A stretch of DNA of 64,000 nt, from positions 216,379-280,378 of the forward strand of contig JAXHMH010000002.1 in NCBI GenBank assembly GCA_034521515.1. The letters are read 5' to 3'. The stretch comes from Candidatus Saccharimonadota bacterium. Its GTDB lineage: Bacteria > Patescibacteriota > Saccharimonadia > Saccharimonadales > JAXHMH01. A model generated the notes under the pieces. The model had not been told where the DNA came from, did not search any database, and was given only the letters and a program-made list of their open reading frames with translations. Made by a program: the position numbers and the translations under genes. This document shows positions 54,905 to 64,000 of this stretch, one piece after another. Positions within the stretch are counted from its first letter, which is position 1, and each line of letters starts with the position of its first letter.

Positions 54905-54918
54905 TTGTTCTAGCTGTG

Positions 54919-55389
54919 CTAGAACGGGATGTCGTCAAGATTAATTGGCTCATCACCAATATCCTCAATAACAACATCGTCTTTCTTCGTGCTCTTGCTC
55001 TGCTTTGGTGCACTAGATTGTGGTTGACCACTGTCATCACCACTGTTGTTGCTGCCACCGCCACCATCAACAAAGTTGAAGTCCTCTACGATTACTTCTA
55101 CCTTGCTACGCTTTTGCCCGTCCTGTTCCCAGCTACGCTGCTCTAAGCGACCACTGACGAGAACTGGACGACCCTTATGTAAATACTGAGCAATGATTTC
55201 GCCTGCTTTTGCCCAAGCAACACAGTCAATAAAACTTACATTCTCTTGCTGGCTGCCATCCTGGCCGCGCCAGGTGCGATTAACTGCCAAGCCAAAGTTT
55301 GTGACACTTTGCCCGTTAGGCGTTGTCCGCGTTTCAGGATCACGGGTAAGATTGCCCATTAAGATTACTTTGTTAAATCCTTTTGCCAT
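54919..55389 (-). CDS. ssb: Single-stranded DNA-binding protein
   Basis: OB fold (NKVILMGNLTRDPE...), Gly/Ser-rich linker, acidic tip LDDIPF. Confidence 0.92.
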   Translation of the reverse strand: MAKGFNKVILMGNLTRDPETRTTPNGQSVTNFGLAVNRTWRGQDGSQQENVSFIDCVAWAKAGEIIAQYLHKGRPVLVSGRLEQRSWEQDGQKRSKVEVIVEDFNFVDGGGGSNNSGDDSGQPQSSAPKQSKSTKKDDVVIEDIGDEPINLDDIPF

Positions 55390-55483
55390 TTGTTATCACT
55401 CCTTACTGGAATTAGGTTGTGGGTGTTTTTAGTTTTCGCTGTTTACACTATAGCGCACTAGTTGCAAGCTTGTAAGCTTACTC

Positions 55484-55897
55484 CTATGCCTCGTCGTTTT
55501 GATTGTCTGTGTCGTCACTTTTATCGCCGCGCTCAGCAGCTTTCTTGGCTTTATCTGCTTTGGCAGCTTCGGCCTTAGCAATTGCCTTGAGATCTGGACG
55601 GACAATCAAATAACGAATAACTTCGTCCGTTATGTTAAGATTGCTCTCAACTTTTTGTACACCCTCACCGGGCATTTCTACGGTGTAAAAAACGTAGACG
55701 GCGTGCTCTTGCTTGGCAATTGGATATGCCAACTTACGCTTACCCCAGTTATCGGTAGACTTTATAGTGCCGCCGTTATTGGTGATGATTTTTTTCACCC
55801 GCTCCTCTGCCTTGGTCAAATCGACCTCCAGATCAGGGTGATACAATACTGCAATTTCGTATTGGTTCAAGGTATTCCTCCTTTGGTTATAGCCCAC
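55484..55897 (-). CDS. rpsF: 30S ribosomal protein S6 (with a charged C-terminal extension)
   Basis: YEIAVLYHPDLEVD...; rpsF-ssb-rpsR order. Confidence 0.9.
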   Translation of the reverse strand: MGYNQRRNTLNQYEIAVLYHPDLEVDLTKAEERVKKIITNNGGTIKSTDNWGKRKLAYPIAKQEHAVYVFYTVEMPGEGVQKVESNLNITDEVIRYLIVRPDLKAIAKAEAAKADKAKKAAERGDKSDDTDNQNDEA

Positions 55898-55973
55898 ACG
55901 CTCATTCCGCTAGATGGCGAAGGCTGTGAACTGAGTTAATAGTGCGTGTATTGTACCTTAACTACCCCTGTTA

Positions 55974-56069
55974 GTCAACCCAGTAGTAGATCTTCGTGTA
56001 GACTCGCTAAAAGCGAGTCATTATCCTGACAAAGCCAGTATAGTCGCGAGGGCTCACTACTGGGTCAAC
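55974..56069 (-). mobile_element. ~96-nt terminal-inverted-repeat hairpin element, copy 2 (MITE-like)
   Basis: GTCAA-CCCAGTAGTAGA...GCTCACTACTGGG-TCAA. Flanked by TCAA/TCAA. Located between the ftsK stop and the rpsF start. Confidence 0.5.
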
Positions 56070-56103
56070 TACGCTGCTATTTAATTCTCTATGTAAGATA
56101 CTT

Positions 56104-58308
56104 TTATTCTTCGGGGAAGTTTTCGTCGTAGACTTCATCATCAACGTTTGCAGAACTATCCGCTCCACCAAATACGTCATCGACTGAGCTAATCAACACT
56201 TCTCTTGGTCGCGAACCATCGGCTGGGCCTACAATGCCCTGCTCTTCCATGGTTTCAATTAAGCGAGCAGCTCGGCCGTAGCCAATCCTTAAGCGTCGCT
56301 GGAGTAGGCTGGTACTAGCTTTGCCGCCGTCTACTACCACCTTGATGGCATCCTTCCACATATCGTCATCGCTATCTTGAGCGCTAGCATCCATGACCAC
56401 ACCACCTTTACCGTTGAGTTGTACAGGTTGGCTAATAATCTCGTCGTCATAATCCGGTGGACGCTGCATGCGAATAAAGTCTGTGACCTTAATGGTCTCT
56501 TCATCAGATATAAAGGCGCCTTGTACGCGTTTTGGTTTTGGCATATCGGCAGTCAAGAGCAGCATGTCACCCTGGCCTAACAATTTTTCAGCACCTATCT
56601 GGTCGATGATTGTTCGACTATCCACCTGACTGGCGGTCGTAAAGGCAATCCGAGCAGGTATGTTAGCTTTTATAAGACCGGTTATTACGTCGACACTTGG
56701 TCGTTGCGTAGCCAATACAAGATGTATGCCAACGGCTCGCGCTTTTTGAGCGATCCGTACAATAAGGCTTTCTACATCCCTTGCGGCCATCATCATAAGG
56801 TCGGCTAGCTCATCGATAACTACAACTATATACGGCATACCTTCCTCTTTTTTAAGACTATTATACTCTGCGATATTACGACGGTTGGCATCTGCCAAAG
56901 CTTTATATCGACGCTCCATCTCAGCAACCGTCCACTTAAGCGCGCTAATGCACTTTTCTGGCTCTGTAATCAGGGGCGCAAGTAGGTGCGGGAGGTCGTC
57001 ATATGGTTTCAGTTCGACTTGCTTTGGGTCGACCAGTATAAGCTTTAGATCGGACGGGCTATTTCGGTACAAAAGACTGGTGAGAACAGCGTTAATCATA
57101 ACTGACTTACCTGACCCGGTCTGACCAGCTATCAGTACGTGCGGCATTTTTGCCAAATCGGCCACCATTGGTGTACCAGAAATATCTTTGCCTATAACAA
57201 AACTAAGTGGCCCCTGCATATCTTGCCACTCGCGAGATTGAAGAAGAGAGCTGATACGAACTGTAGCCGACTTAAGATTTGGTACTTCTATGCCGACTAA
57301 CCGTTTACCCGGAATAGGCGCCTCCATTCGTATAGAATGAGCTGCTAAATCAAGTGACAGATTGTTCTCAAGAGCCGTAATTTTTGTAAGCTTAACTCCT
57401 GTAGGTGGCTTTAGAGTATATTGCGTGACACGTGGTCCAATGTTAGCTCCTTCCATCTCGACATTAATATTAAAATTATTGAATGTCTCTTTGATATTCT
57501 CTGCGCTCCCCTCAACATCACCAGCATCAGCCTTGTCTTGTTTCTGATTGAGTAAGTTCATGCCCGGGAACTTCCAGTTCGGATCACTCTCAGTAGTCAA
57601 AGCTTCGTGACTTTCGTTTGGTGAGAGCTTCTGAGCGGTGTTTCTAAATGTACTCAGCCTGGCTTTTTCACGGTCAGCCTGTCGTTCAACTGGAACACCT
57701 TCATTAAGCTTGAAACTGTTTTCCTCCGTTGCCTTAGATTTTAGCTCGGCTAGGTCGGTGTCAGTTTCTTTACGTTTAAACAAATCGCCGATCTTTAAAA
57801 AGACCTTGAGTGATATACCAAACGTCAGGCAAAAAGCCAGCACCGTCAGGACAACCCAAAGTATAATGGCGGGAATTTTATCCAGTACAGAAAGCATCAT
57901 CCCACCGATAACCATACCTACTTCTCCGCCTCGTCCGTTAACGTACTCAGAAACGGGTGTAGAACGAGTTGCAAAAGAGACGTGCAGTAGCGCGGAGCTA
58001 CTCACCAACAAGGCCGTTATACTCATAAGTTTGTCTAGCGGTGTACGATGATCGTCGCTGCGAAACTTATGAACACCGATGTATATCAAAGCAACCGGCG
58101 TTATGTAAGCTCCCCAGCCAAACAACCAATACGCACCACCAAATAATGACTCGGGTAGTATGCCGCCGGTGCCAAAACCGCCGATAAGCAGAAACACCGC
58201 TATCACTAGCATGATTACTGCGCCTGCTTGCGGCCAAAAAACTGATCGCTGCTTTGGTACAGGATTGGTTTTTTTATTTCTTGTTTGTTTTTTCTTCTTT
58301 TTAGCCAT
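56104..58308 (-). CDS. ftsK: DNA translocase FtsK
   Basis: N-terminal 4 TM, GQTGSGKS, VVVIDELADLMM, gamma wHTH LLQRRLRIGYGRAARLIE. Confidence 0.92.
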   Translation of the reverse strand: MAKKKKKQTRNKKTNPVPKQRSVFWPQAGAVIMLVIAVFLLIGGFGTGGILPESLFGGAYWLFGWGAYITPVALIYIGVHKFRSDDHRTPLDKLMSITALLVSSSALLHVSFATRSTPVSEYVNGRGGEVGMVIGGMMLSVLDKIPAIILWVVLTVLAFCLTFGISLKVFLKIGDLFKRKETDTDLAELKSKATEENSFKLNEGVPVERQADREKARLSTFRNTAQKLSPNESHEALTTESDPNWKFPGMNLLNQKQDKADAGDVEGSAENIKETFNNFNINVEMEGANIGPRVTQYTLKPPTGVKLTKITALENNLSLDLAAHSIRMEAPIPGKRLVGIEVPNLKSATVRISSLLQSREWQDMQGPLSFVIGKDISGTPMVADLAKMPHVLIAGQTGSGKSVMINAVLTSLLYRNSPSDLKLILVDPKQVELKPYDDLPHLLAPLITEPEKCISALKWTVAEMERRYKALADANRRNIAEYNSLKKEEGMPYIVVVIDELADLMMMAARDVESLIVRIAQKARAVGIHLVLATQRPSVDVITGLIKANIPARIAFTTASQVDSRTIIDQIGAEKLLGQGDMLLLTADMPKPKRVQGAFISDEETIKVTDFIRMQRPPDYDDEIISQPVQLNGKGGVVMDASAQDSDDDMWKDAIKVVVDGGKASTSLLQRRLRIGYGRAARLIETMEEQGIVGPADGSRPREVLISSVDDVFGGADSSANVDDEVYDENFPEE

Positions 58309-58329
58309 AGTCAGACTTCCATTATATAT

Positions 58330-58611
58330 CTAGTCGTCCTTAGTTGAAAGGGGCGGCGGATCATCAATACCAAGTTCTTTTTTTAGATCCAAAACATCTG
58401 TTACGGCAGCTTGGTAATCGCTAAGTAATTCATCTGATGGAACACCGTATAAATATTTATCATGAAGCATCCTATCAACTAGCTCCTCGCGACGTGCAAT
58501 TTTCTCGCGTAGTTCTTGGTTTATCCCCTCAAAACGCCAGCTACCCGCTTCTCTGTCGAGCAGCCAGTTTGTTTCAGATTCTTCGGGGTTATAAGGTACT
58601 TGTTCACTCAT
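58330..58611 (-). CDS. Hypothetical small acidic protein (start trimmed to ATG 58611)
   Basis: 93 aa from MSEQVPYNPEE.... The track's 77-aa Cys-rich extension overlaps the RNase J 3' region and looks non-coding. Confidence 0.45.
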   Translation of the reverse strand: MSEQVPYNPEESETNWLLDREAGSWRFEGINQELREKIARREELVDRMLHDKYLYGVPSDELLSDYQAAVTDVLDLKKELGIDDPPPLSTKDD

Positions 58612-58847
58612 GGGCAGATTATAGCAACTTGTTCGCTTTTTGTCAATAAGCTCGCGCTTACCAAAAACTCCTCTGTACTGAGCTGAGAGCGTTGTGCTTG
58701 AGCATAGCGCACGGAAGAAGTGAAGCACGCAGTTCGCCGTACATATGGTACGTCTAACGAGTACTGGAACTTCTGACAACGCGATATGCCAAGAAGGCTG
58801 GCGCGGTTCTGGCTTTGCCAGAAGCAGGCCAGCCTGGCACAACGTTC

Positions 58848-60896
58848 TCAGTCGGTGCGGGCGTCTTGGCCGAGCAGTTTTGCCCGCATCTCCTCAAATC
58901 GTTTCTGTTGCTCGGCAGCAATCTCTTCCGGAGTTGGAGCCGATTGCGCTTGCTGCCCATTCTGTTGCTTTGGTTTATCGACATTACCTGGCCTGCCACC
59001 AATCACATTAACCACCGGTATTACAATCGGGCTTCTTTGGGTGTGTTCATACAAAAAGTGCGTAACGTGTTCTTTGATTTCTTGCTTAAACCGATCCAGA
59101 TCAACTCGCTTGTATCGTTGTGCTACCGCACGTTTCAGTTCAGTTCTAAACGTGTTCATTAATTCTTCACTGTCGCGCATGTATATAAATCCACGGCTAA
59201 TGATGTCTGGGCTGGTAAGCAAGTTGCCGTTCTTTTTATCTATAGTTAGCACTACGGCTACAAGACCTTCTTCAGAAAGTAGCAGTCGATCTTTAATTAC
59301 CACGTTATTAACAATGGCACCGGTTTGATCTACTAACACTGTTCCGTAAGGAACTCTACCGTGTAGCTCCATGGTGTCCTTACCTAGATCAATGACTTCT
59401 CCGTTTTCAGCATTAACGGTGTTTTTACGTTGTATGCCTTCTTCGACTGCTATTTCTATATGACGGCGTTTTGACCTATAAGATCCATAGATTGGAATGA
59501 AGAATTTTGGTTGTGTCATCCGAATCATATCTTTATATTCATCTATACTGGCATGCCCACTTACATGCAATGGTCCACAACCGTCAATCTCGTGCGTTTC
59601 GTGCCGAAACACATGCACACCACGACGCATTAAATCATCAACCATGACACCGATCTTGGCATCATTGCCGCTTTCTGGAATTGGGGTAGAACTTAACACC
59701 ACCGTATCTTGTTCTTTGAGTTTGACGTGACGGTGTTCGCCACTGGCCATACGCTGCAAGGCCGAACTTGGTTCACCTTGACTACCGGTACAAACCACCA
59801 CAACGTCAGTGTCTTTCAGTTGTGGTACGCTGGCAATCGGCACAAATGTACCTTTGGGCACCCGAACAAAACCGTGACGCACAGCCATTTCTAGCGTACT
59901 CATCATGCTGCGGCCATCAAGCGCAATCTTTTTATTGTGGTGGACTGCAGCGTTAATAATCATCTGAATACGGTTAATGTTGGTAGAGAACATAGCCATA
60001 AAGCACCGTCCTGGGGCTTGCTCCATAATCTCAATAAAGCTTGGCTCAATTGTGCTTTCGGACGGAGTACGTCCCGGGCGTTCTGTCGTGGTACTTTCAG
60101 ATAAAAGCGCCAGAATACCCTCTTTGCCTAGCTCCTCAAGCCGCTGTGTATCGGTTCGCTCATGATCAAGTGGGTTGGGATCAAGTCGAAAATCCCCAGT
60201 ATTAACAATCCGACCGACTGGCGTGTCGAGTACCACCATAGTGCTACCCGGTATAGAGTGCGTTACCCCAACCAGCTCCACAAAGAAATTACCAATTTTG
60301 AGCCGTTCATGCGTGCTCTCGTTCATCATGACGGTTTTTAGTTCGAACCCTTCCGGCATTGGCAACCCGAAGTTTTCGAAAATTTCTTCTACGCGACCAA
60401 TGCTGAATTTGGAACCATAAATTGGTGCTGGAAATCGTGGCACGATGTGTGGCAAAGCACCTATGTGATCAAGGTGTCCGTGAGTCACGACGTAAGCTCT
60501 TAGCTTGTGTTTGATTGTTTCAAGATAGGTTGTATCGGCAATCCCATAGTTAATACCTGGCAAGTCGACGCCTAAGTCATTACCACAGTCAATGACTATC
60601 GCATCATTCATATACTCAATGACGATCATGTTTTTAGATCCACCGCTATCCATACCACCAAGGCCAATAATTTTTAATTTTGGCGAGTCATCAAGCTTGT
60701 TAGCTCGTCCTTTCGACTTGGTACTTGCTTCCGGGGAAACACTCGCATACTGGTTGATGACACGATTAGCATCGTCATGGTTTCGGCGTTGCGCACGAAT
60801 TGCCGCACCTCGGCTAGCCGAACTGCTTCGTTGCGACTTTTTACTACTCTTGGCGGCTGGTTTCTGATTCTTATTTTGTTGATTTGATTGTTTCAT
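58848..60896 (-). CDS. rnj: Ribonuclease J (beta-CASP metallo-beta-lactamase) with basic N-terminal and Q-rich C-terminal extensions
   Basis: VTHGHLDHIGALP (HxHxDH), beta-CASP motifs, HVSGHAS. Confidence 0.88.
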   Translation of the reverse strand: MKQSNQQNKNQKPAAKSSKKSQRSSSASRGAAIRAQRRNHDDANRVINQYASVSPEASTKSKGRANKLDDSPKLKIIGLGGMDSGGSKNMIVIEYMNDAIVIDCGNDLGVDLPGINYGIADTTYLETIKHKLRAYVVTHGHLDHIGALPHIVPRFPAPIYGSKFSIGRVEEIFENFGLPMPEGFELKTVMMNESTHERLKIGNFFVELVGVTHSIPGSTMVVLDTPVGRIVNTGDFRLDPNPLDHERTDTQRLEELGKEGILALLSESTTTERPGRTPSESTIEPSFIEIMEQAPGRCFMAMFSTNINRIQMIINAAVHHNKKIALDGRSMMSTLEMAVRHGFVRVPKGTFVPIASVPQLKDTDVVVVCTGSQGEPSSALQRMASGEHRHVKLKEQDTVVLSSTPIPESGNDAKIGVMVDDLMRRGVHVFRHETHEIDGCGPLHVSGHASIDEYKDMIRMTQPKFFIPIYGSYRSKRRHIEIAVEEGIQRKNTVNAENGEVIDLGKDTMELHGRVPYGTVLVDQTGAIVNNVVIKDRLLLSEEGLVAVVLTIDKKNGNLLTSPDIISRGFIYMRDSEELMNTFRTELKRAVAQRYKRVDLDRFKQEIKEHVTHFLYEHTQRSPIVIPVVNVIGGRPGNVDKPKQQNGQQAQSAPTPEEIAAEQQKRFEEMRAKLLGQDARTD

Positions 60897-60931
60897 AATT
60901 TTTCCTTTCTAAATTTTATAAATGTGATAAA

Positions 60932-61675
60932 TTATGTAATTTTCTTTAAAATTGCTGGTATTGTCTGAAAGTCATCTATAAGTGTTTGACGCATTCCTCC
61001 GTTATATAACGCCGCCGCCGGGTGATACAGCGGTAGGATGACCAACGTCAGCGCATCCTGCTTTCCGGCAAAGCCGGAAACACTGCTGCGCTTCGCGGCG
61101 GATTGCTGTGTGGATGACTGCGATACTCCCTTCGCCGTATTGCTATACGGCTCGGTCCGTTTCTCATCATCGCCTTGCACTCCATCCGCGCGCTGATCCC
61201 CTACCAGGTCGGTGAAGGCAAGCTTAATGCGCTTAGGTTGTCCGTGAACCTTGCTTATTTGCAGGTCCGGCAAGAAGCAGTTCATGCTGTGGCGACCTAG
61301 TGTCACCACAACTTTAGGCGCAATTGCTTCCAGCTGAGCCTGTAAATACGGCAAGAATGCCTGCTTCTCTCCCGGTAATGGGTCCCGGTTGTTCGGCGGA
61401 CGGTATTTCACAATATTGGTAATGTACACTTCACTGCGATCAAGCTGTATCATCGCTAGCATTTCATCAAGAAATTTACCGGCAGCACCGACAAATGGTT
61501 TACCTTGTTCATCCTCTTTTTTGCCAGGCGCTTCACCGATAAAAACGACGTCAGCGTCCGGACTCCCATCGCCAAAAACCAGTTGTGTTGCTTGCTTGGC
61601 CAGTTCCGGGCAAACATTCTGTTTGAGAATATCTGCCTCAATCCGATCAAGCTGGGTTGTAGTATCTTTGCTCAT
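60932..61675 (-). CDS. Family-4 uracil-DNA glycosylase carrying a ~50-aa insertion
   Basis: [42 protein letters not shown]. Confidence 0.8.
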   Translation of the reverse strand: MSKDTTTQLDRIEADILKQNVCPELAKQATQLVFGDGSPDADVVFIGEAPGKKEDEQGKPFVGAAGKFLDEMLAMIQLDRSEVYITNIVKYRPPNNRDPLPGEKQAFLPYLQAQLEAIAPKVVVTLGRHSMNCFLPDLQISKVHGQPKRIKLAFTDLVGDQRADGVQGDDEKRTEPYSNTAKGVSQSSTQQSAAKRSSVSGFAGKQDALTLVILPLYHPAAALYNGGMRQTLIDDFQTIPAILKKIT

Positions 61676-61899
61676 TTACTTCCGTATTTTATGTATACAC
61701 CTATAAGACGAGCTGTGTTTTGGATACCTCCCAGCAACAATATCACCGCCGGAATATAGTGCCAATAAGAGCCAGAATCAATCGCCCAACTGCTAAACAC
61801 ATAAGCCAGCGCAAACTCCATGACCGCAAATATAGTAAGTCCTTGCGGTGTTTTGTGCCATTTGTGTAGACGCGCGACGATTGATCTATGGCTGCTCAT
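61672..61899 (-). CDS. Small 2-TM membrane protein
   Basis: 75-aa ORF. 4-nt overlap with the UDG start. Confidence 0.4.
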   Translation of the reverse strand: MSSHRSIVARLHKWHKTPQGLTIFAVMEFALAYVFSSWAIDSGSYWHYIPAVILLLGGIQNTARLIGVYIKYGSK

Positions 61900-62014
61900 T
61901 GTAACCTCTTATTTATCCAGTTCACGGGAAGCGGCTTCCCCCCGCGGCTTTTCGATGTATTCCATAATCTTATTGCAGACCACTCCATACTGAAAAGACG
62001 CGGAGCTTCGCATA

Positions 62015-64000
62015 CTATTTTTCCCCGTTCCTTTCACGTTCAGCTGCTCGCATGCTTAAGTTCAGTCGGCCTTTTTCGTCAATTGCGACTAGTTTAACTG
62101 ACACCGTATCGCCTTCGCTCACAACATCACTTGGTTTTTCGACCCGTTCTTCTTTCATTTCAGACACGTGCACCAGCCCGTCTTTACCGGGCATAATTTC
62201 TACGAAGGCTCCAAAATCTAATACTGAGACAACCTTACAATTCTTGTAAATTTTGCCAACTTCCGGTTCGGCCGTCAGGTGTTCTACGAATTGCTTGGCA
62301 GCCTCGATAGACTTTTTATTTGGGCTGGCTATAAACACTGCGCCATCTTCCTTGATGTCAATTTCTGCACCGGTTTCGGCAATAATTTTATTTATAGTCT
62401 CGCCGCCCTTGCCAATAACGTCACGAATCTTATCAGGATTTATCTGCATCGATTCAACTTGTGGAGCGTATTGGCTCAGCTCATTTCGAGGTTCAGCTAA
62501 CACACTCAACATATGCTCCAAGATGAAGGCTCGACCTTGCTTAGCTTGTTTCAATGCTTGTTTCAAAACCTCGACCGGCAATCCATGGACTTTCATGTCC
62601 ATCTGCAGAGCGGTGATACCTTCAGTGGTACCAGTTACTTTGAAATCCATATCTCCACCAAAATCTTCGGCATCGGCAATATCACTTAAAACATACGGTT
62701 TACCGCCATCCATCATAAGCCCCATGGCAATCCCGCTAACTGGACGTTTGAGCGGTACACCGGCATCCATAAGCGCAAGACAACTAGAGCACGTTGCAGC
62801 CATTGAGGTTGAGCCGTTTTGACTCATAATTTCGGTTACTGAACGGATGGTATACGGAAACTCTGCTTCACTTGGGATAACCGGCAAAAGTGCGCGTTCG
62901 GCAAGATATCCGTGACCGATTTCGCGTCGCCCAGGACCCATGAGCCGCTTAACTTCTCCAACTGTCCAACCGGGGGCATTATAGTGATGCAAGTAACGTC
63001 GCTCGCCTTCGCGCTCCATAGTATCTACTAATTGTGCAAAAGAAAGCGGCGCTAGCGTAACTATGTTTAAAGCTTGAGTGACGCCTCTAGTAAAGAGACT
63101 TGATCCGTGGGCTCGTGGCAAGAATCCTACCTCGCTAGATAACGGACGCACTTCGTCGAGTTTACGTCCATCAGGACGAATTTTATCCTCTACGATTCCT
63201 TTGCGAACATCTTTATGGAGCGCCATCGAAAATGCTTCATCGTACTCTGGGTGGAGTGAGTCGTATTCTTCTTCACCGATTTGTTTTACAAAATCAGCAT
63301 GCATTTCGTCGCGCAAATTCTGTAACATTACGTTTCGCTCTGGATATGGCACGCGCAGGTCTTCGGTTAGCTTCCCATCAAGCCATTTATCAACTGCTTT
63401 TTGTACATCATCGTTAGGCTTAACAAGGTCATATTCCTGTTTCTCAACCTTGAGTTTTTTTATAAGTTCCTGTTGCAGTTTAATGGCAGGTTGGATTGCC
63501 TGGTAGCCAAACTCTAAACCTTCTGCCACTTCGTCTTCGGTCGCTTCGTTAGCTCCTGCTTCAACCATCATGACGCCGTCTTTGTTGCCGGCAACTACCA
63601 AATCTAGCTTACCCTCATCAAGTTGCTGAGATGTCGCAAACGCCTGGTATTTACCGTCAACCCCGCCTGTCTGATCGCCAGAACGGGCAGGCATACCAAC
63701 TCGTACTCCGGCAATTGGTCCTTCAAATGGCGCACCTGTCAACGAAAGGGCTGCGCTAACGGCTATCATAGCAACCATATCAGGGCGGAAATCCGGATCC
63801 ATACTCAAAACCGTGGCAATGCCCTGAACTTCATTTCTGTAGCCTTTTGGCCACAGCGGTCGAATCGGACGATCAATAATGCGGCTAATCAAAACTGCAT
63901 CATCACTTGGTCGCCCTTCCCGTTTAATAAAGCGGCTACCGCTAATCTTTCCTGCAGCGTACATCTTTTCTTCGTAATCAATGCTTAACGGAAAGTAGTC
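62015..64000 (-). CDS. pnp: Polyribonucleotide nucleotidyltransferase (PNPase), 5' end beyond the window
   Basis: The reading frame stays open to 64000 (DYFPLSIDYEEKMYAAGKI...). Two RNase PH domains, KH (GKGGETINKI) and S1 (GKIYKNCKVVSVLDFGAFVEI). Confidence 0.93.
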   Translation of the reverse strand, partial: DYFPLSIDYEEKMYAAGKISGSRFIKREGRPSDDAVLISRIIDRPIRPLWPKGYRNEVQGIATVLSMDPDFRPDMVAMIAVSAALSLTGAPFEGPIAGVRVGMPARSGDQTGGVDGKYQAFATSQQLDEGKLDLVVAGNKDGVMMVEAGANEATEDEVAEGLEFGYQAIQPAIKLQQELIKKLKVEKQEYDLVKPNDDVQKAVDKWLDGKLTEDLRVPYPERNVMLQNLRDEMHADFVKQIGEEEYDSLHPEYDEAFSMALHKDVRKGIVEDKIRPDGRKLDEVRPLSSEVGFLPRAHGSSLFTRGVTQALNIVTLAPLSFAQLVDTMEREGERRYLHHYNAPGWTVGEVKRLMGPGRREIGHGYLAERALLPVIPSEAEFPYTIRSVTEIMSQNGSTSMAATCSSCLALMDAGVPLKRPVSGIAMGLMMDGGKPYVLSDIADAEDFGGDMDFKVTGTTEGITALQMDMKVHGLPVEVLKQALKQAKQGRAFILEHMLSVLAEPRNELSQYAPQVESMQINPDKIRDVIGKGGETINKIIAETGAEIDIKEDGAVFIASPNKKSIEAAKQFVEHLTAEPEVGKIYKNCKVVSVLDFGAFVEIMPGKDGLVHVSEMKEERVEKPSDVVSEGDTVSVKLVAIDEKGRLNLSMRAAERERNGEK

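Overview
This is a gene-dense (about 85% coding), mostly minus-strand bacterial chromosomal window with moderate GC. The gene content fits a small-genome, Gram-positive-type Patescibacteria/CPR organism, probably Saccharibacteria-like; this placement is inference from content only. Supporting content: the 5' end of a 16S rRNA at the left edge, gyrB-gyrA, an LPXTG-type surface protein, an orphan TraD/VirD4-like ATPase, comM, infC-rpmI-rplT, an oversized RNase P RNA, six tRNAs that all encode CCA, thrS, tgt and nrdR. It also holds a family-2 glycosyltransferase, ndk, xer, a complete 15-gene type IV pilus cluster (33.6-47.8 kb), ychF, efp, rpsF-ssb-rpsR, ftsK, RNase J, a family-4 UDG and 5'-truncated pnp. 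I see no CRISPR array, prophage or recognisable defence island. The unusual signals are mostly non-coding. (1) Degenerate tandem arrays phased on a 7-nt register fill many intergenic spacers, recur inside a ~90-nt expansion of 16S helix 6, and form the linker of an ATL-MiaA fusion ORF. (2) The ~507-nt RNase P RNA carries two near-identical 66-nt hairpin modules at two different peripheral helix positions. (3) A ~100-nt hairpin element occurs twice with conserved termini and 4-nt flanking direct repeats (MITE-like). (4) tRNA-Val, tRNA-Pro and tRNA-Gly are flanked by duplicated tRNA fragments, including a perfect 49-bp att-like repeat. (5) GC-rich in-frame insertions sit in Tgt and UDG. (6) Three promoter-plus-terminator-bounded candidate small RNAs or leaders have no family I can assign by eye. 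Many ORF-track N-termini are over-extended, so I give corrected starts where conservation supports them. All RNA-family and domain calls were made by eye from motifs and need Infernal/HMMER confirmation.
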